A stretch of 64,000 nucleotides of DNA. It comes from Akkermansia sp. GTDB lineage: Bacteria > Verrucomicrobiota > Verrucomicrobiia > Verrucomicrobiales > Akkermansiaceae. The position numbers were made by a program, and so were the translations under genes. The notes beneath the pieces were generated by a model. The model saw only the letters and a program-made list of their open reading frames with translations, searched no databases and was not told where the DNA came from. The stretch covers positions 23,110-87,109 of the forward strand of contig JAUNER010000007.1 of the NCBI GenBank assembly GCA_030525455.1, given 5' to 3'. Of this stretch, positions 29,470 through 38,594 are shown one piece after another. Position 1 is the stretch's first letter. Each line of letters opens with the position of its first letter.

Positions 29470-29928
29470 TTATCGGCGGTTGATACGAGCGACTTCTCGC
29501 TGAGCTTCTCGCATTTCAGCCCTTGCTTTGAGGTCGTAGCGTTGGTCGCGGTGGGTTTTCCCTTTACCTAGACCGAGGGCGACTTTTACTTTCCCGTTTT
29601 TCCAGTAGAGTTTCAGGGCGACGAGGGTACAGCCTTTTTGAGAAACGTGTTGGTCGAGTTTTAGGATTTCTCGCTTATGGAGCAATAATCGACGAGGGCG
29701 GCGAGCTTTGTGCTGGAAAAATTCACCGGCTGTTTCCCATGGTTGGATGTCGCATCCATATAGTAGCATTTGTCCATTTTCGACACGAGCAAAGGCATCG
29801 GAGATATTGACTTTCCCAGCACGGATAGATTTTACTTCTGTGCCTTTTAGTTCCATGCCTGCTTCGTAGGTATCGAGAATCTCGTAATCTCTGCGGGCTT
29901 TTTTATTGCTGGCGATGTCTGAGCTCAT
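29470..29928 (-). CDS. smpB: SsrA-binding protein
   Basis: NKKARRDY, EAGMELKGTEVKSIR, KLYWKNG, GKGK. Confidence 0.97.
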   Translation of the reverse strand: MSSDIASNKKARRDYEILDTYEAGMELKGTEVKSIRAGKVNISDAFARVENGQMLLYGCDIQPWETAGEFFQHKARRPRRLLLHKREILKLDQHVSQKGCTLVALKLYWKNGKVKVALGLGKGKTHRDQRYDLKARAEMREAQREVARINRR

Positions 29929-29949
29929 TGTTGTGTGAGTAGGGGGATG

Positions 29950-29980
29950 AAAAAGCCCCTGTTATAAAAACATGGGGCTC
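29950..29980 (-). terminator. Terminator after rpoZ
   Basis: agcccc/ggggct stem with an A-tract on the + strand. Confidence 0.6.
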
Positions 29981-30038
29981 GTTTGGCGTAAAGCTATCAG
30001 TTAGAAAAACTGATAGCTTTACAGTAAGAAAATCGGAA

Positions 30039-30260
30039 TTATTTATTTTCTTCTGAAGAAAGCTCAGACTCGGTCTTGTAAACAAGCTTGCCTTCAATGA
30101 TTTCTGTTAGGGCGATGTTCGCATTACCCATGTGTGGGGTAGTGGGAATTAAAGGAGATTGCCCGTTATTAAGTTGCTGAACACGACGAGATACTACGTT
30201 TATCAGCAACTGTGGTTCAGGAATAATCTTAGAGGCTTTTTCGATGAGTTCAGCTTTCAT
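30039..30260 (-). CDS. rpoZ: RNA polymerase omega subunit
   Basis: 73 aa, LINVVSRRVQQL and IALTEIIEGK match the omega pattern. Confidence 0.85.
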   Translation of the reverse strand: MKAELIEKASKIIPEPQLLINVVSRRVQQLNNGQSPLIPTTPHMGNANIALTEIIEGKLVYKTESELSSEENK

Positions 30261-30327
30261 GAGAAAAAAATCTTTCAGAAGTTAGGCGAATTATTAAGCC
30301 TGTTTTGTTATAGAAATCAAGCTTTTA

Positions 30328-30894
30328 TTATGGCATGAGTAGCTGTCTTTCTCGCTGAGTTAGTTCTCGCCATGTGCCGGGTGAAATATCTGTAGGTGCG
30401 AAGTGCCCAATTTTTTTTCTGATGAGTCGAAGGGTGGGGAAGCCAATGGCGGCTGTCATACGGCGAACTTGGCGGTTTTTGCCTTCGATTAAGGTGAGTT
30501 CTATCCAGGTGGTGGGTATGTTCGCTCGGAAGCGAATGGGTGGCACTCGCTCTGCTATGTCGGGCTGTGGGGTGACAACCCGTGCTTTGCAGGGTAGGGT
30601 GCGGTAGCCTTGGATGAGGAGTCCGCCACGCTGAAGCGGTGCTAAATCAGCGGATGTCGGTGCTCCCTCAACTTGGCTCCAGTAGGTGCGGGGATGTTGG
30701 TTTTTGGGGTTGAGGAGTTTGTCGACAAGTGGCTTTTCGTCTGATAATAAGAGTAATCCCTCTGAGTCTGAGTCTAACCTGCCTATGGGGTACACCTGTG
30801 CCGGAAATCCAAATTCTGCCAAGGTGCGGTGATGTGGTGCTTCCTTGGTAAATTGCGAAAGGACTCCGTATGGTTTGTGAAATGCCAGAATCAT
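30328..30894 (-). CDS. rluE: rRNA pseudouridine synthase (RluE-like)
   Basis: FHKPYGVL, GRLDSDSEGLLLL, EGKNRQVRRM, TLRLIR. Confidence 0.85.
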   Translation of the reverse strand: MILAFHKPYGVLSQFTKEAPHHRTLAEFGFPAQVYPIGRLDSDSEGLLLLSDEKPLVDKLLNPKNQHPRTYWSQVEGAPTSADLAPLQRGGLLIQGYRTLPCKARVVTPQPDIAERVPPIRFRANIPTTWIELTLIEGKNRQVRRMTAAIGFPTLRLIRKKIGHFAPTDISPGTWRELTQRERQLLMP

Positions 30895-30986
30895 TTAGGT
30901 GCAGGAACTGAAAGCCTACGTTGAGGCTGAAAAATGATGCTAATGAATGGGCGGAAGATTCGCGGAATTTGCTAGATGCTCGGGTT

Positions 30987-32504
30987 TTATTTAGCTCCGG
31001 CTTCGGTGAGGATATTTACTACTTCTGTATGGCCTTTTCTCTTTGCCTGATGTAGGGCTGTATAGCCAAACATATTCGTCATATTTACATCAGCTCCGGC
31101 TAGAATAAGGGTTTTTACCGCTTCTACATGGCCATGTGTGGCTGCCAATATCAATGCTGTATTGCCCGTTGTGCTAACGGCGTTTATATTGGCCCCGGCT
31201 TCCAGAAGAGTGCTGATTATATCTGAATGCCCCATTGTGGCGGCACTGTGTAACGGGGTCATATTCAGGAAGTCAAGGATATTGACATTGGCTTTGTTTT
31301 GGACGAGGTAGTCAACTGTTTCTACATGCCCATTTTCGGCCGCCTTATGTAAGGCACTTGTGCCATATTTGGTTGTTGTGTTGATGGTGATATATTCAGG
31401 GAAATGTTTTATTCTTTTTGATTTTGCTTGAAAAATGGCATCTATATCCCTCCAATGTCCTTTGCCCATGGAGTCAACTAAAGCTAATGGGTCACAGAGG
31501 TCAATTGTATATGGAGCTAGAAATTGGACTATTTCATGATGACCTTTCTCTTTAGCCCACTCACTTGGCTTTTTGCCTCCTGAGGCAAGGTAATTTGCTC
31601 CTGCTCCGGATTGAATAAGTTCTTTTACTACATCTATGTGCCCTCTTTGAGCGGCATAGTGAAGTGGGGTATCTCCGCAGTATTTAGCAGCATTTACATT
31701 AGCCCCTGCTTGAATAAGGACTTTCACAACTTCTAAATGCCCCGGAGATGCCGCATGATGTAATGCAGTAACATTATTTCTATCAGAAAGGTTTACATCC
31801 ACGCCGGCATCAAGTAGCCTTTTTATGGCATAGGCATACCCTTTCTCAGCGGCATTTGATAGGTATTTATAGCAGAGCGATGAGTTTTTTCTTGTGGTAA
31901 ATCCCGGACTTGATATAAAGCCATCGACAATTTTTATGTATTCTTTTTCAGCATCGCTTAATTGTTGATCCTGTATTTTAGTTTCATTTATTTGTGTATT
32001 CTGATTTAAGGGGTCAAAAATTTTTACTATTTCAGTATGACCATTTTTTGAAGCTAGCTTAAGGGCGTTTTGCATTTTGTTTGCATCAGCCCCGGCTTGA
32101 ATAAGAGTTTTGACAATTTCTAGATGACCATTTTCTGAAGCTAGTTCAAGAGGGGAATATCCTCTATTTGTCTCTGCATTGACATCAGCCCCGGCTTGAA
32201 TAAGGACCTTGACAACTTCTAAACGACCTCGAGATGCTGCCTTATGTAAAGCAGTAGCTTTGGTATAATCAGATACATTGACATCTACACCGGCATCAAG
32301 TAATTTTTTTACAGTATTGACATAGCCACATTCAGCGGCATACGGTAGGGATTTATGGTAATTTTTAGCACCTTTTGATATTGCTTCTTCGATATTCTGA
32401 ATGAATTTTTTTTCGGTATCACTCATTTGGTAGGCATCGCCATAGGAAAACAGACATGATGCGAAAGTGAAAGTGGTAATTGATATTATAAAAGGAATCT
32501 TCAT
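30987..32504 (-). CDS. Secreted multi-module ankyrin-repeat protein
   Basis: Signal peptide, many TALH.AA..GH.EVVK.L..AGA repeats and an internally duplicated module. It ends AGAK* like the ankyrins at 1-1524. Confidence 0.9.
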   Translation of the reverse strand: MKIPFIISITTFTFASCLFSYGDAYQMSDTEKKFIQNIEEAISKGAKNYHKSLPYAAECGYVNTVKKLLDAGVDVNVSDYTKATALHKAASRGRLEVVKVLIQAGADVNAETNRGYSPLELASENGHLEIVKTLIQAGADANKMQNALKLASKNGHTEIVKIFDPLNQNTQINETKIQDQQLSDAEKEYIKIVDGFISSPGFTTRKNSSLCYKYLSNAAEKGYAYAIKRLLDAGVDVNLSDRNNVTALHHAASPGHLEVVKVLIQAGANVNAAKYCGDTPLHYAAQRGHIDVVKELIQSGAGANYLASGGKKPSEWAKEKGHHEIVQFLAPYTIDLCDPLALVDSMGKGHWRDIDAIFQAKSKRIKHFPEYITINTTTKYGTSALHKAAENGHVETVDYLVQNKANVNILDFLNMTPLHSAATMGHSDIISTLLEAGANINAVSTTGNTALILAATHGHVEAVKTLILAGADVNMTNMFGYTALHQAKRKGHTEVVNILTEAGAK

Positions 32505-32716
32505 TTTTTTTAGATGATTTAGCAGAGATTGTATCGGTTCACCAAAGGTGCGAGTAGACTTTTTACCTATGAGTATCCGATATTTTCTAGCATTTTTTGT
32601 GTTCCTTAGTCAATCTTATATGAGTGCAGATGTGAAGTATTGGCTGTGATAAAATTGTAATTGGCAAGAAGCAAAAGAGAATTGACCCATGGGGAAAAAA
32701 TCAGAAAATAGCGGAC

Positions 32717-33496
32717 ATGAAGTGGATTGTATGTGTATTGATGAGTTTATGTGTGATTTGCCATGAGGTATCCGGGCAGAGCACGGCAGAAATTCGTGAA
32801 AAAATAGCTAGGCAAATTTGGAAAAATGAATGTGGTGGAACTGTGCAGGGCTTGGTAACGTGGAACAAAGGCGAGAACTTCCCCTCGTTGGGGATTGGGC
32901 ATTTTATATGGTATCCGCGAGGGGTAAGAGAAAAGTTTGAAGAAAGCTTCCCTGCATTTATTGCATTTTGTAAGCAAAAAGGGATTCGTCCAATGCCTAT
33001 TTTGCAAGGGGCGGCTCCGTGGAAAGATAGAACCGCCTTTCAACAAGCTGATGTGAAAGGCGGCCTGCCTGCTCAAATCCGCCAATGGTTGGCAAGTAAA
33101 AAACTAATGCAAGTGCAGGGGGAGTTTATTATGCGACGTTCTTTAGCGGCCTTGGAACGAATCAAACGAGAATCTGATTCTCCCAATGAACTGGCAAGTA
33201 AATACTATGCGGTGGCGGCAACTCCGAATGGGACTTATGCCTTGATAGATTACGTAAATTTTAAGGGTGAAGGGGTTAACCACGATGAACGATACCAAGG
33301 GAAAGGCTGGGGACTGATGCAAGTGCTGGAAGAAATGAAGCCTGTTACACGCGGTCCGGCGGCCGCCGTTGAGTTTGCTGAAGCGGCCAAGCGAGTACTG
33401 AGTCGACGAGTGGCCAATAGTCCGAAATCAAGAGGAGAAAAACGTTGGCTGGTCGGATGGCATAATCGATGTGATACTTACAAAAAGAAATTGTAG
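32717..33496 (+). CDS. Secreted hypothetical protein, possible lysozyme-like fold
   Basis: Signal peptide. NE...WNKGENFPSLGIGHF resembles the T4-lysozyme E...YKDTEGYYTIGIGHL pattern. Confidence 0.5.
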   Translation: MKWIVCVLMSLCVICHEVSGQSTAEIREKIARQIWKNECGGTVQGLVTWNKGENFPSLGIGHFIWYPRGVREKFEESFPAFIAFCKQKGIRPMPILQGAAPWKDRTAFQQADVKGGLPAQIRQWLASKKLMQVQGEFIMRRSLAALERIKRESDSPNELASKYYAVAATPNGTYALIDYVNFKGEGVNHDERYQGKGWGLMQVLEEMKPVTRGPAAAVEFAEAAKRVLSRRVANSPKSRGEKRWLVGWHNRCDTYKKKL

Positions 33497-33607
33497 TAAT
33501 CTGACTTTCTGTATCATGAGATGGGGATTTTGAACAATTCTCCTTGACCTGAGGAGAATTAAAGTGTATTCCTCCGCAACTACTAACAATAGTTTATTTT
33601 TATATTT

Positions 33608-34048
33608 ATGTCTCGAGAAGAAACAACATTGATTTTGTTCAAGCCGGATTGCGTTCGCAAGAACCTTACCGGTATTGTCTTGAAGCGTTTGCTTGACCAA
33701 GGATTCCGTATTAGCGGTATGAAGTTGGCTCAGTTGAATGAAGACGTTCTTAAGGAACACTATGCTCACATTCTTGATTTGGTGATTGATGGCGAATTGC
33801 TTTTCCCTAAGCTTTCTAAGTTCATGCTTAGCTCACCGGTAGTTGTTTTAGCATTAACAGGTCCTGGTGTAATTACACGTGTTCGTTCATTGATTGGGCC
33901 AACCAATTCCCAGAAGGCTGATAAGGGTACTATTCGTGGTGATTATGGTACAGATAGCATGATGAATATCTGCCATGCTTCTGATAGTCCTGAATCTGCT
34001 GAAGTGGAACTGAAGCGTTTCTTCAAGGACGAAGAATTGTACTTCTAA
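33608..34048 (+). CDS. ndk: Nucleoside diphosphate kinase
   Basis: LFKPD, GTIRGDYG, NICHASDS. Confidence 0.97.
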   Translation: MSREETTLILFKPDCVRKNLTGIVLKRLLDQGFRISGMKLAQLNEDVLKEHYAHILDLVIDGELLFPKLSKFMLSSPVVVLALTGPGVITRVRSLIGPTNSQKADKGTIRGDYGTDSMMNICHASDSPESAEVELKRFFKDEELYF

Positions 34049-34077
34049 GTTTAATTACGAAAGTATTCAGATTTAAT

Positions 34078-34119
34078 AAAAAACCTCTGAAGTTCATAGT
34101 GAGCTTCAGAGGTTTTTTT
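34078..34119. terminator. Bidirectional terminator
   Basis: aaaaaacctctgaag / cttcagaggtttttt. Confidence 0.85.
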
Positions 34120-34152
34120 GTGTGATAAATAATAAATTAATAGGACGAGGGA

Positions 34153-34980
34153 TTACTTTTCCCACGGAGTCGTGAAGTAGAGAACTGCTTTTTTCATTCG
34201 ATAAACTTCACGTAAAATACCATCAAGAATGTTGTTGAGGCTGTGTTTTGAGAATGAATAGCCGTAAACGCGTTTAATGGCTGCATCTTCGCGATGCTGA
34301 GCCTGGCGTTTGAGTTCTGCTGTCATGTCTGTTTGCTCTAAGTTCGGGGCACTGAGGTTGTCTCCATGCCAGCGGAAATCTGCCAGTAATTTATTGAAAT
34401 GCACAAATTTTTTCTTTGCCAAGCCTAAACGAGCATAGAATTCACCATCCATATCATAACGGAAGCGTTCGTCTAACAGGATGCCTTGGTCAATGGTGGT
34501 TTCTCTGCGTAAAAATAGTGCGGTAGAGGCAACATAGGTGCCATACCAAATGTGCATTCGGGTACTGAAGGGTAATGCCTTCATGGGGCGTTGAATCGAA
34601 CCATCGGGATTGACGAAGTTCCAAGCTCCATGAATGATGTCGGCTTCCGGGTGTTTTTCGGCAAATTCTTTTACAGCGGCTAATGCCCCCGGTAGTAATC
34701 GGTCGTCTGTGTTTAACCACATCACCCATTTGCCTCGTGCTTTTCGGAATCCTCGATTGATGCCCTCTGACATACCGGAATCGCTTTCTACAAAAAGCTT
34801 GAGGTGTGGATATGAGCGTAAAATATCAAGTGTGCCATCAGTAGACCCTGCATCTTGGACGATGTGTTCAAATGTTACACCTTCTTGGGTGAGTACGCTT
34901 TCAATGCACTCTCTTACATATTTGGCGTAGTTAAAGCTAGGTGTAACGATGGTAAAGTCAATTTGTTCTTCTTCCGACAT
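34153..34980 (-). CDS. GT2 glycosyltransferase
   Basis: TIVTPSFN, QDAGSTDGT, WLNTDD. Confidence 0.9.
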   Translation of the reverse strand: MSEEEQIDFTIVTPSFNYAKYVRECIESVLTQEGVTFEHIVQDAGSTDGTLDILRSYPHLKLFVESDSGMSEGINRGFRKARGKWVMWLNTDDRLLPGALAAVKEFAEKHPEADIIHGAWNFVNPDGSIQRPMKALPFSTRMHIWYGTYVASTALFLRRETTIDQGILLDERFRYDMDGEFYARLGLAKKKFVHFNKLLADFRWHGDNLSAPNLEQTDMTAELKRQAQHREDAAIKRVYGYSFSKHSLNNILDGILREVYRMKKAVLYFTTPWEK

Positions 34981-34992
34981 AAGTAAGTATTG

Positions 34993-35922
34993 TTAAATGG
35001 AGCGTTCTTTAGAGATGTAAATGGGGCGTTTTTTTACTTCGGTGTAGGTTCGGGCTAAATACTGACCTAGTATCCCCAAACATAGCAGGATAATGCCACC
35101 CATGAGGCAAAAAATACAGACCATAGAGGTCCAACCATAGGCGGAATGATGCCAAATTAATTCACGGATAACGAGGATAACAATAGATAGAAATGAAAAC
35201 CCAGAGAGAAGAACCCCCATGATAGAGGCAAGTGCCAGCGGTGCAGTAGAGAAAGCGACTATCCCCTCGATGGAATAGAGAAATAGTTTGAAAAACGACC
35301 ACTTTGTTTCACCTGCGACACGTTCGATGTTTTCGTATTTAAACCATTTAGTACGAAAACCTACCCATTCGTAAAGGCCTTTGGAAAATCTGTTGTATTC
35401 CTTAAGAGAAATGAGGGCATTGACCACCGGACGAGTCATGAGTTTATAATCACGTGCCCCGTCTACAATCTGAGTTTTGGAGATTTTGTTAATCAGTTTA
35501 TAGAATGAGCGGGCAAAAAATGAGCGAATGGGAGGCTCGCCGGAGCGTGAAACACGACACGTGCCAGCACAATCATAGCCCTCTTCTTCAATGGCACGAA
35601 TCATTTCCGGCAATAGCGAAGGAGGGTCTTGTAAATCAACGTCCATGACGGCGGTGTAATCCCCGGTAGCAGCTTCTAAACCGGCATAAATAGCTGCTTC
35701 TTTACCGAAATTGCGTGAGAAAGAAATGAATTTTACATCGGGGGAGTTAGTAGCTAACTCTTTGATGATTTGTAGGGTATTATCTGTAGAACCATCATCG
35801 ATAAAGATCAGTTCCTTTTCGTATGTGGGTAACTCTGTTGCAAAAACTGCATCGAGAGTTTGTTTGAAGATGGGAATCGCCTGCTCTTCGTTGAGGCATG
35901 GTACAATGAGTGAAATACGCAT
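34993..35922 (-). CDS. GT2 polyprenol-phosphate glycosyltransferase (GtrB/YkcC-like)
   Basis: VPCLNEE, IDDGSTD, FSRNFGKEAA, MDVDLQDPP and two C-terminal TM helices. Confidence 0.92.
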   Translation of the reverse strand: MRISLIVPCLNEEQAIPIFKQTLDAVFATELPTYEKELIFIDDGSTDNTLQIIKELATNSPDVKFISFSRNFGKEAAIYAGLEAATGDYTAVMDVDLQDPPSLLPEMIRAIEEEGYDCAGTCRVSRSGEPPIRSFFARSFYKLINKISKTQIVDGARDYKLMTRPVVNALISLKEYNRFSKGLYEWVGFRTKWFKYENIERVAGETKWSFFKLFLYSIEGIVAFSTAPLALASIMGVLLSGFSFLSIVILVIRELIWHHSAYGWTSMVCIFCLMGGIILLCLGILGQYLARTYTEVKKRPIYISKERSI

Positions 35923-36053
35923 GGTATACTACAGTTCAAAAAGATTATAGTGGAAGTATTGTACAATGACCAGAAAATAAATTTTGCAAGGATTTGGCTC
36001 GACAGAGAAGTTTTTTTTACATTAGAATATGGATAAATTATAGGCATTGAGAT

Positions 36054-37853
36054 ATGAAGTTAAGTAAGATTTTTGTAGCGATGATGGTATTTGGTAGTAT
36101 GGGATATGCCCAGAAAGAGGCAACATACGAAGAACCTAAAATAGTTGGCGTGCCGCCATCGGATGCAGGGCGTGGGCTTGTGCGTATTAGTGATAAAGAA
36201 ATTCGTCACTATTCAGGGACTCGTGCAGATGTAGCAGATTATTTGGCAAGTGAGGATAATGGGCTGACGTGGACGATGAAAAAAGCCCCACAATCATACC
36301 CGAAAAATTATGGTGGCATCCCTAAAGAATCACCGGCTATCGTAGAAAATCCTAATAAACCGGGGGAATTTATAAGAGTGCAGCCTATCAATGGGTTTGT
36401 ATTTATTAGCGAAGGGGGAATTGATGGTACATGGCGTGCCGTGACTAAGGATGGTAAGCTGGAAAGCAATTGGAAAGATGAGGCTGTGCGTAAAAATTTG
36501 CTAACGCTTGAAGGGATTATGCGAACACCTCTCTATGTGAAAAATGGCAAGCGTATTATTATACCTTATCATGTGATGGCTAATGGCACGAAATTTCATA
36601 TTTCTGATGATGGCGGTAAGACTTGGCGAAAGTCAAAGGGGACGATTGTTTCTCCCAGACATGAAGTAAAAGCCCCTCATCAGGGGGTGCGATGGTTTAA
36701 TAATGCCGTAGAGGCAACGGTCGTTGAGTTAAAAGGGGGAAAATTGTGGGCTTTGGTGCGTACTTCAATGGACCAGGCATGGGAATCCTACTCTGCTGAT
36801 GGTGGTGATACGTGGTCAAAGGCAGAACCCTCGCGGTTCTTTGGTACTTTGACGATGAATACATTGGCTCGATTGCAAGATGGTGCTTTGGTTTCTCTTT
36901 GGACAAATACAATGGCTTTGCCGGAGAATGCCAAAGCCGGGAATGGACGGTGGGAGGATGTTTTCACGAATCGTGATTCTCATCACATTGCCATGTCGAA
37001 AGATAATGGGAAAACATGGTATGGATTCCGTGAAATTATCATCGACGAACATCGCAATCATCCACAGTATGCGACCTTGAATGGGCCTGAAGACCGTGGA
37101 AAACATCAGAGTGAAGTGATTGAGCTCGATGAAAAGAGATTACTTATTTCTTTAGGCCAGCATAAGAACCATCGTCGATTGGTGATTGTGGATAGAAAAT
37201 GGGTAGAGGCTACCGGTAGAAAGTCTCAAACCGGATGTGATATGGAAACTCAGTGGACAACTCATACCTACATTCCTAAAAAGGCCGGGCATTGCAGTTA
37301 TAATAGAAAGAACTCTGTAAGTTTAGTGCCGGACCCGGCAGATGCTTCTCGACAGGTGATGCAGATTCGTTTTTTAGATGATGATTCTCTGATTAATAGA
37401 GATGCAAACGTTGATTACAGAAATGGTGGAGCTACATGGAATTTCCCTAATGGAGTCGAGGGGCGTATTGAGTTTAGAATCCGCGTGGCGGAAGGCTCTC
37501 AAACCGCAGAGTCCGGTGTGCAAGTGTCTCTTACAGACCGATTGTTTAATGCGTGTGATGTGACGACTAAGGATTATGCTTTGTTTACATTCCCCATTAA
37601 ATTATCACCGAAACCACACATCCTTGTAAAAGGAAAAAAAGCGGCTTTGAATCCTAATGATTGGAATAAGGTAATGATGGTTTGGAAAGATACGAAATGT
37701 AAGGTGTTACTCAACGGAAAAGCTGTGGGTATTATTGATATGGTTAATAAATCCCCTAATGGTGCCAGTTATATTCACTTTATCAGTACGGGGAATTCTC
37801 CTGATTCCGGTATCTTGCTGGATTCTGTCAGGGCTAGTGTCAAAAGGAAATAG
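36054..37853 (+). CDS. Secreted Asp-box sialidase (resembles the A. muciniphila GH181 enzyme)
   Basis: Asp-boxes SEDNGLTW, SDDGGKTW, SADGGDTW and SKDNGKTW plus a signal peptide. As I recall it, the sequence closely resembles AmGH181. Confidence 0.8.
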   Translation: MKLSKIFVAMMVFGSMGYAQKEATYEEPKIVGVPPSDAGRGLVRISDKEIRHYSGTRADVADYLASEDNGLTWTMKKAPQSYPKNYGGIPKESPAIVENPNKPGEFIRVQPINGFVFISEGGIDGTWRAVTKDGKLESNWKDEAVRKNLLTLEGIMRTPLYVKNGKRIIIPYHVMANGTKFHISDDGGKTWRKSKGTIVSPRHEVKAPHQGVRWFNNAVEATVVELKGGKLWALVRTSMDQAWESYSADGGDTWSKAEPSRFFGTLTMNTLARLQDGALVSLWTNTMALPENAKAGNGRWEDVFTNRDSHHIAMSKDNGKTWYGFREIIIDEHRNHPQYATLNGPEDRGKHQSEVIELDEKRLLISLGQHKNHRRLVIVDRKWVEATGRKSQTGCDMETQWTTHTYIPKKAGHCSYNRKNSVSLVPDPADASRQVMQIRFLDDDSLINRDANVDYRNGGATWNFPNGVEGRIEFRIRVAEGSQTAESGVQVSLTDRLFNACDVTTKDYALFTFPIKLSPKPHILVKGKKAALNPNDWNKVMMVWKDTKCKVLLNGKAVGIIDMVNKSPNGASYIHFISTGNSPDSGILLDSVRASVKRK

Positions 37854-38527
37854 TGTTTTCAGAATACAAAATGCCGGAACTTAACGAACGATACGACAAG
37901 GCTCTGAGCTCGTATTTAGGTGATGGGTTGATATGGTTGCCGTGGGTTGGGAAGAATTATGATTCTGTAGCTAGAAAGTTGCTACTGGTTGGGGAATCTC
38001 ATTATTATGATGAGGCTCGCATAGCTGTGGCATTAGATTCAGGATTTACTCGTCTATGCATAGAGGAGAGTATTTTTCAAGAATGGTGGACAAATCGCAC
38101 ATATACCAATGCAGTAAAGGCTGTCGTAGGTCGGGAGTTTGTCGATTTTAAGGAGGTTTGGAGAAACATTGCTTTTTTAAATTTTATCCCAAAAGTTATG
38201 TTAAAAAAAGGAGAGCTCTGCGAACGTCCGCAAGCAAATGACTTTAGGGCAGGGTGGGCTTCATTTGTCAATGTAGTGAGAGTTCTAAAGCCGGATGTGT
38301 GCGTGTTTATAGGAGTAACGGCATCGAATTTTTTTGTGGATGAGATGACTCGCTTATCGGTGCCTTTTAGGTATGAAGTAGATAGAGCGGTGTGCATTAA
38401 TGGCATTTTTCCAAGGCGTGCGGTTTTGAATTTAGGAGGGCATGAAGTTCGGTTGGTCTTTATTAAACATTGTGGTAGTTTCTTTTCCTGGCAGGTATGG
38501 CATGATTACTTGAGGAAAATTCTTTAA
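37853..38527 (+). CDS. Hypothetical protein, uracil-DNA-glycosylase-like fold
   Basis: LLLVGESHY, FLNFIP, RPQANDF, LKPDVCVFIG and the C-terminal IKH pattern. Confidence 0.5.
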   Translation: MFSEYKMPELNERYDKALSSYLGDGLIWLPWVGKNYDSVARKLLLVGESHYYDEARIAVALDSGFTRLCIEESIFQEWWTNRTYTNAVKAVVGREFVDFKEVWRNIAFLNFIPKVMLKKGELCERPQANDFRAGWASFVNVVRVLKPDVCVFIGVTASNFFVDEMTRLSVPFRYEVDRAVCINGIFPRRAVLNLGGHEVRLVFIKHCGSFFSWQVWHDYLRKIL

Positions 38528-38594
38528 GTTCGGAAATTTGAATAGATGCTATAATCAATCTTGACCTAGGGGGGATTGCATATAGAATAATACC

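Noticed and set aside
29470-30038. tmRNA next to smpB
   Set aside because: No tRNA-like ends or tag reading frame are visible in the short flanking gaps.
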